The notes under the pieces were generated by a model, which saw only the letters and a list, made by a program, of their open reading frames with translations, was not told where the DNA came from and searched no databases. From assembly GCA_043745805.1 (NCBI GenBank), contig JAYTSD010000050.1, forward strand, positions 1-64,000: DNA of 64,000 bases. Reading direction: 5' to 3'. The position numbers were made by a program, and so were the translations under genes. Origin of the DNA: Fibrobacteria bacterium. Lineage in GTDB: Bacteria; Fibrobacterota; Fibrobacteria; UBA11236. This document shows positions 1 through 10,109 of the stretch, in pieces (position 1 is the first letter of the stretch; the number at the start of each line of letters is the position of its first letter).

Positions 1-30
1 TAAATTGTGCCGAAATGCTGCGTCGGTAGG

Positions 31-69
31 ATGGGGGAATATACAGAGCTAATTCGGTGTGAAAACCCC
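31..69. repeat. Degenerate GGGG..TACA / TGT..CCCC palindromic motif at the left edge of the RHS array
   Basis: ATGGGGGAATATACA (31-45) ... TGTGAAAACCCC (58-69). Confidence 0.5.
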
Positions 70-99
70 GCCCGTATGACCACAATGCGGCTGGGGACA

Positions 100-663
100 T
101 ATATTATAGATGGACAAAACCGAAGATTAGGTAAAAAAGTGAATGGGACTTTAACCCAAGGTTTCTTATATCAAGGTCAACTTAATCCAGTAGCAGAGTT
201 AAGCGACTCGAATACGGTTAGTACTCGTTTTATTTATGGCACTAAGAGTAATGTGCCCGATCAAATGATAAAAGGTGGGGTAACTTACAGGATAATCTCC
301 GATCACCTTGGCAGCGTGCGATTGGTGGTAAATTCTAGCACGGGTGGTGTAGCTCAAAGAATGGATTATGATGAGTTTGGGAATGTGACTTATGATGGTA
401 ATCCTGGGTTTCAACCATTTGGCTTTGCGGGGGGATTATATGATGCTCAGACTAAGTTGCAGAGGTTTGGGGTTAGGGATTACGATGCGAAGATCGGGAG
501 ATGGACAAACAAAGATCCGATTGGGTTTGCCGGTGGGATGAATCAATACGGATATGTTCACAATAACCCAATCAATCGAATAGATCCTTATGGAAAAGAT
601 GATGAGGGTAATGGATTTTTCAAATGTTTTGTTGAATGTATGGAAAGAGAACTAGGTTTATAA
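100..663 (+). pseudogene. Orphan RHS-repeat-associated core fragment with a very short (22 aa) C-terminal tip; 5'-truncated
   Basis: [16 protein letters not shown]...SDHLGSVR...DYDEFG...[10 protein letters not shown]...[17 protein letters not shown]...[19 protein letters not shown]-like sequence begins at about 100, directly after GGGGACA; the upstream ORF-track residues do not look like RHS. Confidence 0.8.
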
Positions 664-691
664 AAGTCATTTTTTAATAGGAGATATTAAT

Positions 692-919
692 ATGGAAAAG
701 GAAGCAGCGGAAAAAGTAGTTAAAAGAGTATTAGAAATTACGGATGAATTAATCAATGCATTAGAACCTCTACAATCAAAGTGTTCTGAGGCGGATTTTA
801 ATTCTTTGAAGTTGGGTACAGGAACTGCTTTAGTAAGTATCTTAGATAATCTTCTCAAACCAATTTTTAAGCAGCATCCTGATTTAAAACCTGATTACAT
901 GAAAACCTCGATTGAATAA
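692..919 (+). CDS. Small helical protein, putative immunity protein for the RHS tip
   Basis: 75 aa, AGGAG RBS upstream of ATG, directly after the RHS core. Confidence 0.65.
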   Translation: MEKEAAEKVVKRVLEITDELINALEPLQSKCSEADFNSLKLGTGTALVSILDNLLKPIFKQHPDLKPDYMKTSIE

Positions 920-2109
920 AACGTGATACGAAACCAGCTACTCTTTATCAGGATAGCACATTTAGTGGCGACGCTGATGTTCATGCAGGTTTAGATACGG
1001 TTACAATACAAGTTAAAGATTTTTTTAACCATACCAAAACAAAAAAATACCAGATAAATGCAAATTCCTTAGATAGCTTGAATGCAATCAATAGACACTT
1101 TATCTATGATTTTAATGGCAATTTAATTTCCGATAGTATCTCAACATATGAATGGGATGCGGAAAATCGACTCGTAGCTATTAATAAAGGCATTTTCAGA
1201 AGCGAGTTTAGCTATGATGGTTTAGGAAATCGAGTTCGCATAGTTGAAAAAAATGGAACGAATACGGATAACAATAAGCGATTTGTTTTTTTTGGAAATA
1301 AGATTATTGAAGAACGTGATTCTACTGGCTTAATCGTCACAAAAAGATATTTTGAAAATGGCTTCACTGTTGGAAATACGAAATATTTTTATACTCAAGA
1401 TCACTTGGGAACAATTCGCGAAGTTATTGATAACAATGGGGGATTGCAGGTGCGCTATGATTATACCCCATGGGGTAAAAGAATCAGGGTACTTGGAAAT
1501 GGTCAAGATGCCGATTTTGGGTTTACGGGACATTATTTTCACTCTTCAAGCTCTTTGTATTTAACGAAATATCGAGGTTACTCGCCTGAATTTGCTAGGT
1601 GGATATCGAGGGATCCATATGGTAGCCCATCTTTAATGATGCATTCCATGGATCCATTATCCGAACATGAAGAGCCTTCAGTAGTTGATGAAATGTCGGT
1701 TAAGTCAGGACGAAAGTTGAGGGCTTTTCAGGCTGAATTTTTGCCTGAAGGTTCGAATCTTTATAAATACTCCAAAAATAATGGTATAAATGCAATTGAT
1801 CCCCTCGGTCTTTGGTACATTGATATTAATGTTACTATCGGTGGTGGTACTGGATCGGTTGGAACTGCGGGCGTTCAAATCGGACCATCTGGAGGTCATT
1901 TCTATGCTGGAGGTGGGATTGGAACACCTGGTGTATCGACATCTGCAATGTGGAGTCCAGGCGAACCTTCTCCCGGTTGTTGGAGCTATCAAATGTCCGG
2001 AACTGCTGGGGTATCTTATGGTCAAGGAGGTGGCCCAGGGGGGAGTTTTAAAGAATATGGAGCGGGGTGGCCTCCTAGAGCTTCAAGTACGAAATACTAC
2101 ACATGGTAA
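916..2109 (+). pseudogene. Second orphan RHS module (YD repeats + core + Gly-rich C-terminal toxin tip), 5'-truncated
   Basis: Frame is open from 916 with no ATG/GTG/TTG until 1078. YDFNGNL, YEWDAENRL, FSYDGLGNRV, QDHLGTIRE, DYTPWG, FGFTGHY, RWISRDP, NNGINAIDPLG, then a Gly-rich tip. Confidence 0.8.
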
Positions 2110-2321
2110 ATTTATCGAATCTTTATATTATCGCAATTGGGATTTATTTCGTGGTCTTTTCTAAATGGATCGCTAAAAAAGCCAGTTCAGAAAATCTGCG
2201 TTTGCTAGGAATTAAGTATAATGAAAGGATTTACCAAATATCTTTCACTTTAATCGGGACTTTTTTTGTAGGATATGGGATTTGTGAAATGCTTGGAATC
2301 ATTCATTTTTCAGGTAAATAG
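2103..2321 (+). CDS. Small two-TM membrane protein, putative immunity protein
   Basis: 72 aa, two hydrophobic segments, start overlaps the RHS stop. Confidence 0.65.
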   Translation: MVNLSNLYIIAIGIYFVVFSKWIAKKASSENLRLLGIKYNERIYQISFTLIGTFFVGYGICEMLGIIHFSGK

Positions 2322-2433
2322 GCCCGTTACAACAATAAAAGATAGTCTTCATCCATGTGCTGATGCAAGAATTACTATTCAAAGTAAGGTATAAAACCTT
2401 ACTAGAGGAAACGGCGTTCTAAAGTTTGGCGGC

Positions 2434-2449
2434 TGTAATCCCCCCATTT
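2434..2449 (-). repeat. Boundary motif TGTAATCCCCCCATTT
   Basis: Exact reverse complement of AAATGGGGGGATTACA at 17454-17469; the 14-mer core also occurs at 18622-18635. Confidence 0.8.
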
Positions 2450-2506
2450 TGTTACGTAAGGTTTAAGTAGAGATTAGGCTAACATCAAATATTTTCTTGG
2501 GGACAC

Positions 2507-4126
2507 TTACCCCACCACCTCATAAATTTCCACTGTTTGTTTTTTCCCCTTGAGTTGGGTAGCGCCAAAGTAACGGGTCTCTAATTCCCCTTGTAGCTTG
2601 CGATAAATAGTATCCGTGATCAAAATTTGGTCAGGCTTGGCCACGCCACAAACGCGCGAGGCGATGTTTACGCAGTCACCTAAGGCGGTGTATTCCATAC
2701 GTGCCGAGGTGCCCAAGCTTCCTACCACGGCTTCGCCAGCATTGATGCCAATGCCTACTTGAAATTCGGGAATACCTTGTTCTCTCCAAATAGGCCCTAA
2801 AATGCGCAGGCGTTGGCGCATTTGTTGTGCGGTTTGTACAGCCACATGTTCCGGATTGGAAATGGCGAGCGGCACATTAAAAAGTACCATCATACAATCG
2901 CCAATAAATTTATCGAGCGTGCCGCCATTGGTAAAAATGATTTGGCACATTTCCGAAAAATACAGATTGAGTAATTGTGCAATTTCAAGGGGCGGCAAAT
3001 TTTCGGAAAGCGAGGTAAAGCCGCGTATATCAGCGAATAAAATGACCACATGGGTTTTTTGGCTTTGTAAGTGGAAGTTACCACTACCTTGTTCCGCGAT
3101 GATTTTTTCGGCTACATTAGGCGAGAGAAAGCGTTTTAAATGATCGCGAATGCGGGTTTCGGTTTTTAGTTTTTTATACAGATTTAAATTTTCAATGGCC
3201 ATGCCAACAATGCCAGCAATATGTAGGGTAAGTTCTAAATCATCTTCGGTAAATTTTGTGCCGCGCTTTTTATGATCTAAATAAATCACCCCAAATACAT
3301 TACCTTCGGAATGAATGGGGCAACACAAAGCGGTTTTTATTTTTAATTCTAAAATGCTTAAAGATGAATCGCGGTTTTGGTTTTCATCCAAGTCAAAAAT
3401 AAAACCCATACGTTTTTTCATGACGGTAGTTACTAGGGTTTTACTATAAAGTTTTTCCTGCAAATTTTCTTTGCGTTGTCCTGCCTCATAAGCTAAATGT
3501 GAATGGATGGTTTCGGAATCCTCTGTATTCACCAAAAGAATATAACCAGTATCACAATGCAAAGCTTCAAAAAACAATAGCATCACGCGATCTAATAATT
3601 CAGTTACGGATAGAGTGGCATGTAAGCTTTTGACCACTTTATACAAAATTTGCATGCGCTGTAAGGTTTGCTGAACCTTATCTTCAGGTAGTGCTTGCAA
3701 GGTAGGTTCAAAGGCCTGAATTTTTCTTTCGCTAACAATGCTGAAATCAAAAAGATCATTATTCAAGGTGAGCTTGGACGTATTACCTGTGCCTGCGTAA
3801 CCGGAAGGGGAAGGGTTTTCTACCAAAGCTTTTAATATAATTTGGGTGTCACCGATTAATAAAACCTGTCCAAACTCCCAGTGTGCTTCCTGAATACGTT
3901 TACCATCTAGAAATACGCCATTGGTGGAGCCTTGATCGAATACTTCAATTTTGTTACCCGTAACTTGAATGAGTACATGGCGAGAGGATATGCGGGTATC
4001 GGGTATATAAATATCGCAATGCTCATCTCTACCGATTAGGTTTTTACCTTCATAAAGAGGAATCGGGTTTTCCCCCAGCGTAGCTGGGGTTTGTACCACT
4101 TTTAAAAGTAAAGCGCTAACTTGCAT
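2507..4126 (-). CDS. FHA-GAF-class III adenylate/guanylate cyclase
   Basis: FHA (IGR...ISSRH...DQGSTNG), GAF, cyclase motifs FADIRGFT, DKFIGDCMM, GIGINAG, YTALGDCVNIASR. Confidence 0.92.
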   Translation of the reverse strand: MQVSALLLKVVQTPATLGENPIPLYEGKNLIGRDEHCDIYIPDTRISSRHVLIQVTGNKIEVFDQGSTNGVFLDGKRIQEAHWEFGQVLLIGDTQIILKALVENPSPSGYAGTGNTSKLTLNNDLFDFSIVSERKIQAFEPTLQALPEDKVQQTLQRMQILYKVVKSLHATLSVTELLDRVMLLFFEALHCDTGYILLVNTEDSETIHSHLAYEAGQRKENLQEKLYSKTLVTTVMKKRMGFIFDLDENQNRDSSLSILELKIKTALCCPIHSEGNVFGVIYLDHKKRGTKFTEDDLELTLHIAGIVGMAIENLNLYKKLKTETRIRDHLKRFLSPNVAEKIIAEQGSGNFHLQSQKTHVVILFADIRGFTSLSENLPPLEIAQLLNLYFSEMCQIIFTNGGTLDKFIGDCMMVLFNVPLAISNPEHVAVQTAQQMRQRLRILGPIWREQGIPEFQVGIGINAGEAVVGSLGTSARMEYTALGDCVNIASRVCGVAKPDQILITDTIYRKLQGELETRYFGATQLKGKKQTVEIYEVVG

Positions 4127-4158
4127 GGCTTAATAACTTTTAACAAAGATCCATGGAT

Positions 4159-5820
4159 TTAGGCGCGATGTTTAAAATAGTACTGCATTAAACTTTGCGT
4201 AGAGCTATCATGCGGTAAATTTAAGTCGGGCTGTTTTTCGCCTTTTTCCAATTCGGATAAAATCTTTTTTGCCAATTGCTTGCCAAGCTCCACGCCCATT
4301 TGATCGAAAGAATTGATTTCCCAAATCACGCCTTGCACAAAAATTTTATGTTCATAAAGGGCAATTAAAGATCCTAAAATTTTAGGGGTGAGTTTTTCAA
4401 ATACTATCGAATTAGTGGGACGATTGCCTTCAAAAATTTTATGCGGCAACAATGCGGTTAACTCTTCGCCTTGTAAACCACTTTGCCGCAACTCGGCTTC
4501 TGCTTCGCTGGCATTTTTCCCCACCATTAAGGCTTCGGTTTGGGCAAAGAAATTGGAAAGTAAAATGCGATGATGATCCCCAATGGGATTATGAGATTGC
4601 ATAGGTGCGATAAAATCGCAAGGAATAAGTTTGGTTCCTTGATGGATTAACTGATAGAAAGAATGTTGGCCATTAGTGCCGGGTTCTCCCCAAAGTATAG
4701 GGCCGGTTTGATGGCCTACGCGCTCGCCTTTGCGATTAACGAATTTACCGTTACTTTCCATATCGGCTTGTTGCAAATAGGCAGGTAAGCGATGCAAGTA
4801 TTGGTCATAAGGCATAATGCCATGTGTTTCGCATCCAAAAAAATCATTATACCACAGTCCTATTAAAGCTAAGGTAACAGGTAAATTAACGTCTAAGGGT
4901 GTTTCCCTAAAATGTTTATCCATGGCTTCGCCTCCGGCCAAGAATTCGCGAAAATGGTCAAAACCAATGGCAAGTGCAATGGATAAACCAATAGCCGACC
5001 AGCAAGAGTAACGTCCACCTACCCAATCCCAAAAGGCAAAGGCATTATTGGGATCAATGCCAAAGGCTTTCACGGCAGGAATATTGGTGGAAAGTGCCAC
5101 AAAGTGTTTGGCAACCGAAGAAGTATCTCCTGCAAAATATTTTACTAAGGCATTTTTTGCACTTTCCGCATTGGACATGGTTTCTTGCGTGGTAAAAGTT
5201 TTGGAAGCCACAATGAAAAGGGTTTCTTGCAAATTCACTTTTTTCAAGATCTCGGCTAAATGCGTGGCGTCGACATTCGACACAAAATAGGTTTCGATGC
5301 GTCCTTCAGGCCTATCGGCAAAAGGTTTTAACGCTTCGGTTACCATTACGGGACCTAAATCGGAACCGCCAATACCAATATTGACCACGGAACGAATAGC
5401 TTTACCACTATGTCCTTTCCAAGCACCGGAACGAACTTTTTCCGTGAAGACTTGAATTTTGTCAAGTACCGCTGTAACCTTGGGCATTACATCTTCACCT
5501 TCGACCATAATGGGTGTAGCGGATAAGTTACGTAGGGCAGTATGTAAAACTGCACGCTTTTCAGTGAAATTAATTTTTTCCCCGGTGAACATGGCCTCAC
5601 GGTATTTTTCTACACCTGCCTCTTTAGCTAAGTTGCGCAATAAAGAAAGGGATTCTTCGGTAATTCTATTTTTGCTAAAATCAACCCGTAACCCGCAAGC
5701 TTCCAAGGTAAGTTTTTCAGCCCGTTTATTATCAGCAGTAAATAAATCTTTCATTTGCCAAGTGGAGGCCGTTTTAAAATGATCTTGGAGTTTGTTCCAA
5801 GCGGGGGTTTGGGGATTCAT
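4159..5820 (-). CDS. pgi: Glucose-6-phosphate isomerase
   Basis: [51 protein letters not shown]. Confidence 0.98.
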   Translation of the reverse strand: MNPQTPAWNKLQDHFKTASTWQMKDLFTADNKRAEKLTLEACGLRVDFSKNRITEESLSLLRNLAKEAGVEKYREAMFTGEKINFTEKRAVLHTALRNLSATPIMVEGEDVMPKVTAVLDKIQVFTEKVRSGAWKGHSGKAIRSVVNIGIGGSDLGPVMVTEALKPFADRPEGRIETYFVSNVDATHLAEILKKVNLQETLFIVASKTFTTQETMSNAESAKNALVKYFAGDTSSVAKHFVALSTNIPAVKAFGIDPNNAFAFWDWVGGRYSCWSAIGLSIALAIGFDHFREFLAGGEAMDKHFRETPLDVNLPVTLALIGLWYNDFFGCETHGIMPYDQYLHRLPAYLQQADMESNGKFVNRKGERVGHQTGPILWGEPGTNGQHSFYQLIHQGTKLIPCDFIAPMQSHNPIGDHHRILLSNFFAQTEALMVGKNASEAEAELRQSGLQGEELTALLPHKIFEGNRPTNSIVFEKLTPKILGSLIALYEHKIFVQGVIWEINSFDQMGVELGKQLAKKILSELEKGEKQPDLNLPHDSSTQSLMQYYFKHRA

Positions 5821-5869
5821 AAATTTTTCCTCCGAATTGAATAAAGGGCTAGAGTATAAATATAATTCT

Positions 5870-6088
5870 TTAGGGTACTATTGGATGATAGGCGGGGTCA
5901 TCAGGTAAGTTTGGATTAGTGTTTCGTTCAGCGATATAAAAGACGCAAGCCATACATTTTTTTTCAATTTGCTTTTCGGCAAACCATTGATAACAAGGTT
6001 TACTTGAGCCTGTGCGATACCTATCCTGTTTATAGCGGCAATAGCTACAATCCGGTCCGCATAATTTATCCCAACATAAAGAGACCAT
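5870..6088 (-). CDS. Small Cys-rich protein (putative metal-binding)
   Basis: [17 protein letters not shown]...PC...CMACVFY; 7 Cys in 72 aa; fills the gap between co-oriented genes. Confidence 0.6.
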   Translation of the reverse strand: MVSLCWDKLCGPDCSYCRYKQDRYRTGSSKPCYQWFAEKQIEKKCMACVFYIAERNTNPNLPDDPAYHPIVP

Positions 6089-6093
6089 GTCGG

Positions 6094-8013
6094 CTATTCC
6101 ATTTCCGGACAAGTTTCCAATTCACGAAAACCTTTTTTTTCCAGACGATAAAAAGCCGTATTTTGATTGGTTCCACTATGATCATTAAAAATAAATTTAC
6201 CTTGTACGCCATTAAAGGTTTTGATATTGCGCAAATGATTATTGAGTTCCTCTATTTCGGATGAAACATTTAAGCCTTCCAATAAGAAGCGGGTGGCATC
6301 GTAACCTAAACCCGCAATTTTATCGGGTACTCTTTTCCATTTCGCAGAATAATTTTTTTGAAAAGTAGTCCAAGCTTCAGCTTTAGAGCTTTCGGGAAAA
6401 TCTAAACTGAAAACCGATCCCTGTAAGCCTACTGCATTTTTATGCAAAATACTTTTATCATTCCAGCCAGAAGAGCCAAGCATTTGCGTGCGCAGTTTAT
6501 TGTAGGAGGTTTGGGACGCGAGTTTAAACGCCTCATCGCCATTATTGGCAGGAATAAAAAGCGCATCCAGCGCGAGTACTGAATCGGCTAACATGGATTT
6601 ATAAGTTTTTGCATCCATTTCACCAGCGGCGCCTTTGGTTAATTTTTCTCTATCGGTAATTAATTTGGCAATTTTTTTGCGGATATTATCAAAAACTTGA
6701 GCATAATCACTGGCTTCAGGATTGTAAGTTTCGTTAGCAACTAAGTTACCTCCTTTTTTTTCAATTGCTTTTTGAAAAGCTTCGGCTAATTGTTGTCCAT
6801 ATTCACTTTGGGGTGCAAGGATGGCAAAATCTTTGAGATGTAAACAGCTCATAGCATAAGCGGCAATGCTTTGTCCTAATCCTGCGGTAGTCACATTAAG
6901 TTGAAAAATACCTTCCCCAAGACTAGATATCCCTTGCGTAGTGGCGGTGGGAGTGATCATGGGGATTTTGCTTTTGCGCGCACTCAGCTCCACGGCTACC
7001 GCAATACTTACATCGCTCATAGCGGGGCCAATGATGGCATCGATACTTTCCTCTTTTAAACTTTTACGCAGTTTTTGTACCGCCAATAAAGGATTACCTT
7101 GATCATCTAACCAATGCGCTTCTAAACGCATGCCACCACGGGCATTGATTTCATCAAGGGCTAAAGTCACCCCTTCTTTAATGGATTTACCTATCTCAGT
7201 ATATTCACCGGTAAAGGGAGCCATGACTAAAATATTTTTGCTTTTTTTTACCGTAGCGGCTAGGTTACTAATTTTGCGTTGTACCATTTCTTTATGATCA
7301 TGCTTAGGGTAAAGCTGGATCCAATCTTGATAAGCTGAGCGCGCTGCTGTTAATTTTCCTTCGCGCACAAAGGCATCTCCTAGCGATTCTAAAAAAAGCG
7401 GCTTGAGAGTCGCGTCGGGTGGCCAACTATCTAATAAGGTTTGCAAATCTTCACTGTTTAATCCATTGCCTAGAGCTAATTGACTAGTGGTTTTACTAAT
7501 TGTTTCAGAGAGCGTAGCGGGAAGCGCTGCATTCGCTGCATTCAATAAATTTTTTGCTGCCTCGGAATTTTTCCCTGTTTTTAAAAATAGCAGGGCTTGA
7601 TAATAATTGGCGCGTGGCGTAAAGATGGAAGCAGGATAAATTTTTCGAAAGCGATTTAAAGTGTTTGCTGCCGGATCGGTTTTCCCTTGGCGTAAATAAA
7701 CATCCGCTAAAATTATGGCGGCTTCTTCCGCTGCGGGCGATTTGTTAAACTGTTTGAGGAGCAATGTTAATTTATCTTCAGCATCTTTGAACAAACCATT
7801 TTGATAGGAATTTTTGGCTTTGCGTAGATTTAATTCGGCTTGATCGGGTTTGAGAGTGGCCGTGCTTTTACTTTCGCTATTAGCGGGTAAGGACGCTACG
7901 AGAGTGTTTTCGGCATAGGAGGCAGAAATAAAAAAACCAGATAAGCCGATTAGACTAAATAGAGAAAGCTTATATAAGCCCAATAAATTATAAACGCATA
8001 ATAATTTTTTCAT
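6094..8013 (-). CDS. Exported TPR + periplasmic-binding-fold protein (LpoA/LppC-like penicillin-binding protein activator)
   Basis: Signal peptide, TPR helices, C-terminal type-1 PBP fold (APFTG..., AIIGP, GYDA). Confidence 0.75.
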   Translation of the reverse strand: MKKLLCVYNLLGLYKLSLFSLIGLSGFFISASYAENTLVASLPANSESKSTATLKPDQAELNLRKAKNSYQNGLFKDAEDKLTLLLKQFNKSPAAEEAAIILADVYLRQGKTDPAANTLNRFRKIYPASIFTPRANYYQALLFLKTGKNSEAAKNLLNAANAALPATLSETISKTTSQLALGNGLNSEDLQTLLDSWPPDATLKPLFLESLGDAFVREGKLTAARSAYQDWIQLYPKHDHKEMVQRKISNLAATVKKSKNILVMAPFTGEYTEIGKSIKEGVTLALDEINARGGMRLEAHWLDDQGNPLLAVQKLRKSLKEESIDAIIGPAMSDVSIAVAVELSARKSKIPMITPTATTQGISSLGEGIFQLNVTTAGLGQSIAAYAMSCLHLKDFAILAPQSEYGQQLAEAFQKAIEKKGGNLVANETYNPEASDYAQVFDNIRKKIAKLITDREKLTKGAAGEMDAKTYKSMLADSVLALDALFIPANNGDEAFKLASQTSYNKLRTQMLGSSGWNDKSILHKNAVGLQGSVFSLDFPESSKAEAWTTFQKNYSAKWKRVPDKIAGLGYDATRFLLEGLNVSSEIEELNNHLRNIKTFNGVQGKFIFNDHSGTNQNTAFYRLEKKGFRELETCPEME

Positions 8014-8075
8014 AGAGTAAAATTAATTCCGAAAAGGGGTGATTAAAATGCCAAATCTTGTTTTGCTAAAAATTT

Positions 8076-10109
8076 TCAACAAGCTGCCTTTAAAGCCTGA
8101 TATAAAGCGGTACAGTTTTCATAGCGATCTTCAATAGCCTTGGTCATGGCTTTTTCTAAAGCTTGCCATAAGGTCGTTGGAATACTTGGATTCGCTTCGG
8201 TCAAAGGAATAATTTCATGTTTTAAAATATGATTACAGAGCTCGGGAATTTTACTTCCCGCATAGGGAAGTTTATGCGAGAGCATTTGATAAATCACAAC
8301 CGCTAAGGCATATTGATCGGAACGCGGACCCACGGACGAACCCATTAATTGTTCTGGTGACATATAGGACGGTGTTCCTACGGTCATCCCGGTTTGCGTG
8401 AGCATTACGTCTTCCATTTTGGCAATGCCAAAATCCAAAAGCTTTACATGACTATCATTATTGACCAACATTAAATTGGCGGGCTTAATATCGCGATGCA
8501 CAATATGATGACTATGCGCATAGTCTAAGGCGGAAGCGAATTGTTCTATCCAAGGCATTATTTTACGCGGCTCGGGAATAGGATGTGTTTTCATCCATTG
8601 TGAAAGGGTGACTCCATCGAGGTATTCGAGTACCATATACGAAACATCTTTTACATGGCCAAAATCATAAATGATATTGATGCCTGGATGATTCAATGAG
8701 CCTGCGGCTTTAGCCTCCACGGCAAAGCGTTCGGCGGCTCTATCGAAATGGAGCATGGCATTTTTAGTAATGGTTTTAATTGCCACACGTCGTCCCATTT
8801 GCGTGTCGAGTCCTTCAAATACATCTCCGCCAGCGCCAGAAGCCATTTTACGAATAATTTTATATTTACCCAATTGCACTAAAGACCCTTTACCATCGCG
8901 ACCTATTTCTGAGTCTTCAGCTGCCTTTCCGTTTTCGGGAGTAGGGGCTTGCATAAGACTAACATTCTGAAAGGATCTTGGTCTTTCGGGTTTTATTGTA
9001 GGGGGTAACGGCGTAGATACGGGGGCAGGAGGCGATACGGGCAATGGAATTATTTTTTTGGGAAAACGAGGCTGCAAGATAAACCAGAGTATGCTTATAC
9101 CTAAACTTGCAAACAAAGGTAATTCGGGTGGCATCCACCATGAATTTTTAAAAAATAAAAGACTCGATAAAACCGGATAAAAAAAGATAAGGAAAAAGCT
9201 GACACCTAGTGTTCCCAAGGGGGGCAGTTTAGCAAAAAAGACCAAGGAAATTAATAAGGCACTTATCAGGCTAATAAATATGGCTGCGATTATGGCCCAG
9301 CTAGGTGTTTGTAAAAGATTAGGTTGTAAAATATTGGAAGCGGCGGTGGCCCAAATTTCAGGAGTGGAAAAATGTTTGTCAAAAGGAGTTTGGATTAAGG
9401 CATGTGATTTATCCGTATAGCCCATGAATAAAAATTTACCGGCAAGCTCTTCGCGAATTTGCGGATTATTTAAAACTTCTAACGCGGAATAAGTTCTGAT
9501 ATGTGAACTCGGACCATAAAAAGTCAAGAGCATATGGCCTTTGGTATTTACGGGAGCGTAATATCCTTTGCCTAAAATTAATCCTACACCTTCGACATAG
9601 TCCAATTTTTCGGTATTGATTCCTAGTCCACGGCATAGTGCCGCAATAGCTAGAGAGCGATTAGCTCCCGAGGTAACAGGTATTCCCAAGGGAATTTCCT
9701 CTAAGATTTGGCCAGGGGGTAACAATTCATGACCTATGACTAATCCATGCATTAACCAAGTACTATCAAAAGCGGGCAAAGAAGTTATGGGTGGGGAGAG
9801 TAAATCGATTGCTAATGCGGCGGGACGAGTGGCTAAAACCGTGTGAATCAGTTCTTCAAACTTTTCCTTTGACCAAGGCCAAGGACCAAGTGTTTGTAAG
9901 GTTTCCTCATCGATAGCCAAAACAGCAACGCGATCGGAGGCCATTTGTTCCCCTTTAAGGCGATGAAAAAGTTGCAAAAATTCTGGCTCTATCCACTGGG
10001 TAAGCGAAGGGATAAAGAGCAAGGCCGCAATCCATAACCAAGAGAAGAGTATAGCCCATGCAATATGAGGCTTGGGATTTGGCAAAACATGGAAGTTACT
10101 CTGAGACAT
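8076..10109 (-). CDS. CHASE2-domain membrane Ser/Thr protein kinase
   Basis: CHASE2 (AVLAIDEETLQTLGPWPW), three TMs, Pro-rich linker, kinase motifs VAIK, HRDIKPAN, DFG, GTPSYMSPEQ; start taken at MSQSNF. Confidence 0.92.
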   Translation of the reverse strand: MSQSNFHVLPNPKPHIAWAILFSWLWIAALLFIPSLTQWIEPEFLQLFHRLKGEQMASDRVAVLAIDEETLQTLGPWPWSKEKFEELIHTVLATRPAALAIDLLSPPITSLPAFDSTWLMHGLVIGHELLPPGQILEEIPLGIPVTSGANRSLAIAALCRGLGINTEKLDYVEGVGLILGKGYYAPVNTKGHMLLTFYGPSSHIRTYSALEVLNNPQIREELAGKFLFMGYTDKSHALIQTPFDKHFSTPEIWATAASNILQPNLLQTPSWAIIAAIFISLISALLISLVFFAKLPPLGTLGVSFFLIFFYPVLSSLLFFKNSWWMPPELPLFASLGISILWFILQPRFPKKIIPLPVSPPAPVSTPLPPTIKPERPRSFQNVSLMQAPTPENGKAAEDSEIGRDGKGSLVQLGKYKIIRKMASGAGGDVFEGLDTQMGRRVAIKTITKNAMLHFDRAAERFAVEAKAAGSLNHPGINIIYDFGHVKDVSYMVLEYLDGVTLSQWMKTHPIPEPRKIMPWIEQFASALDYAHSHHIVHRDIKPANLMLVNNDSHVKLLDFGIAKMEDVMLTQTGMTVGTPSYMSPEQLMGSSVGPRSDQYALAVVIYQMLSHKLPYAGSKIPELCNHILKHEIIPLTEANPSIPTTLWQALEKAMTKAIEDRYENCTALYQALKAAC

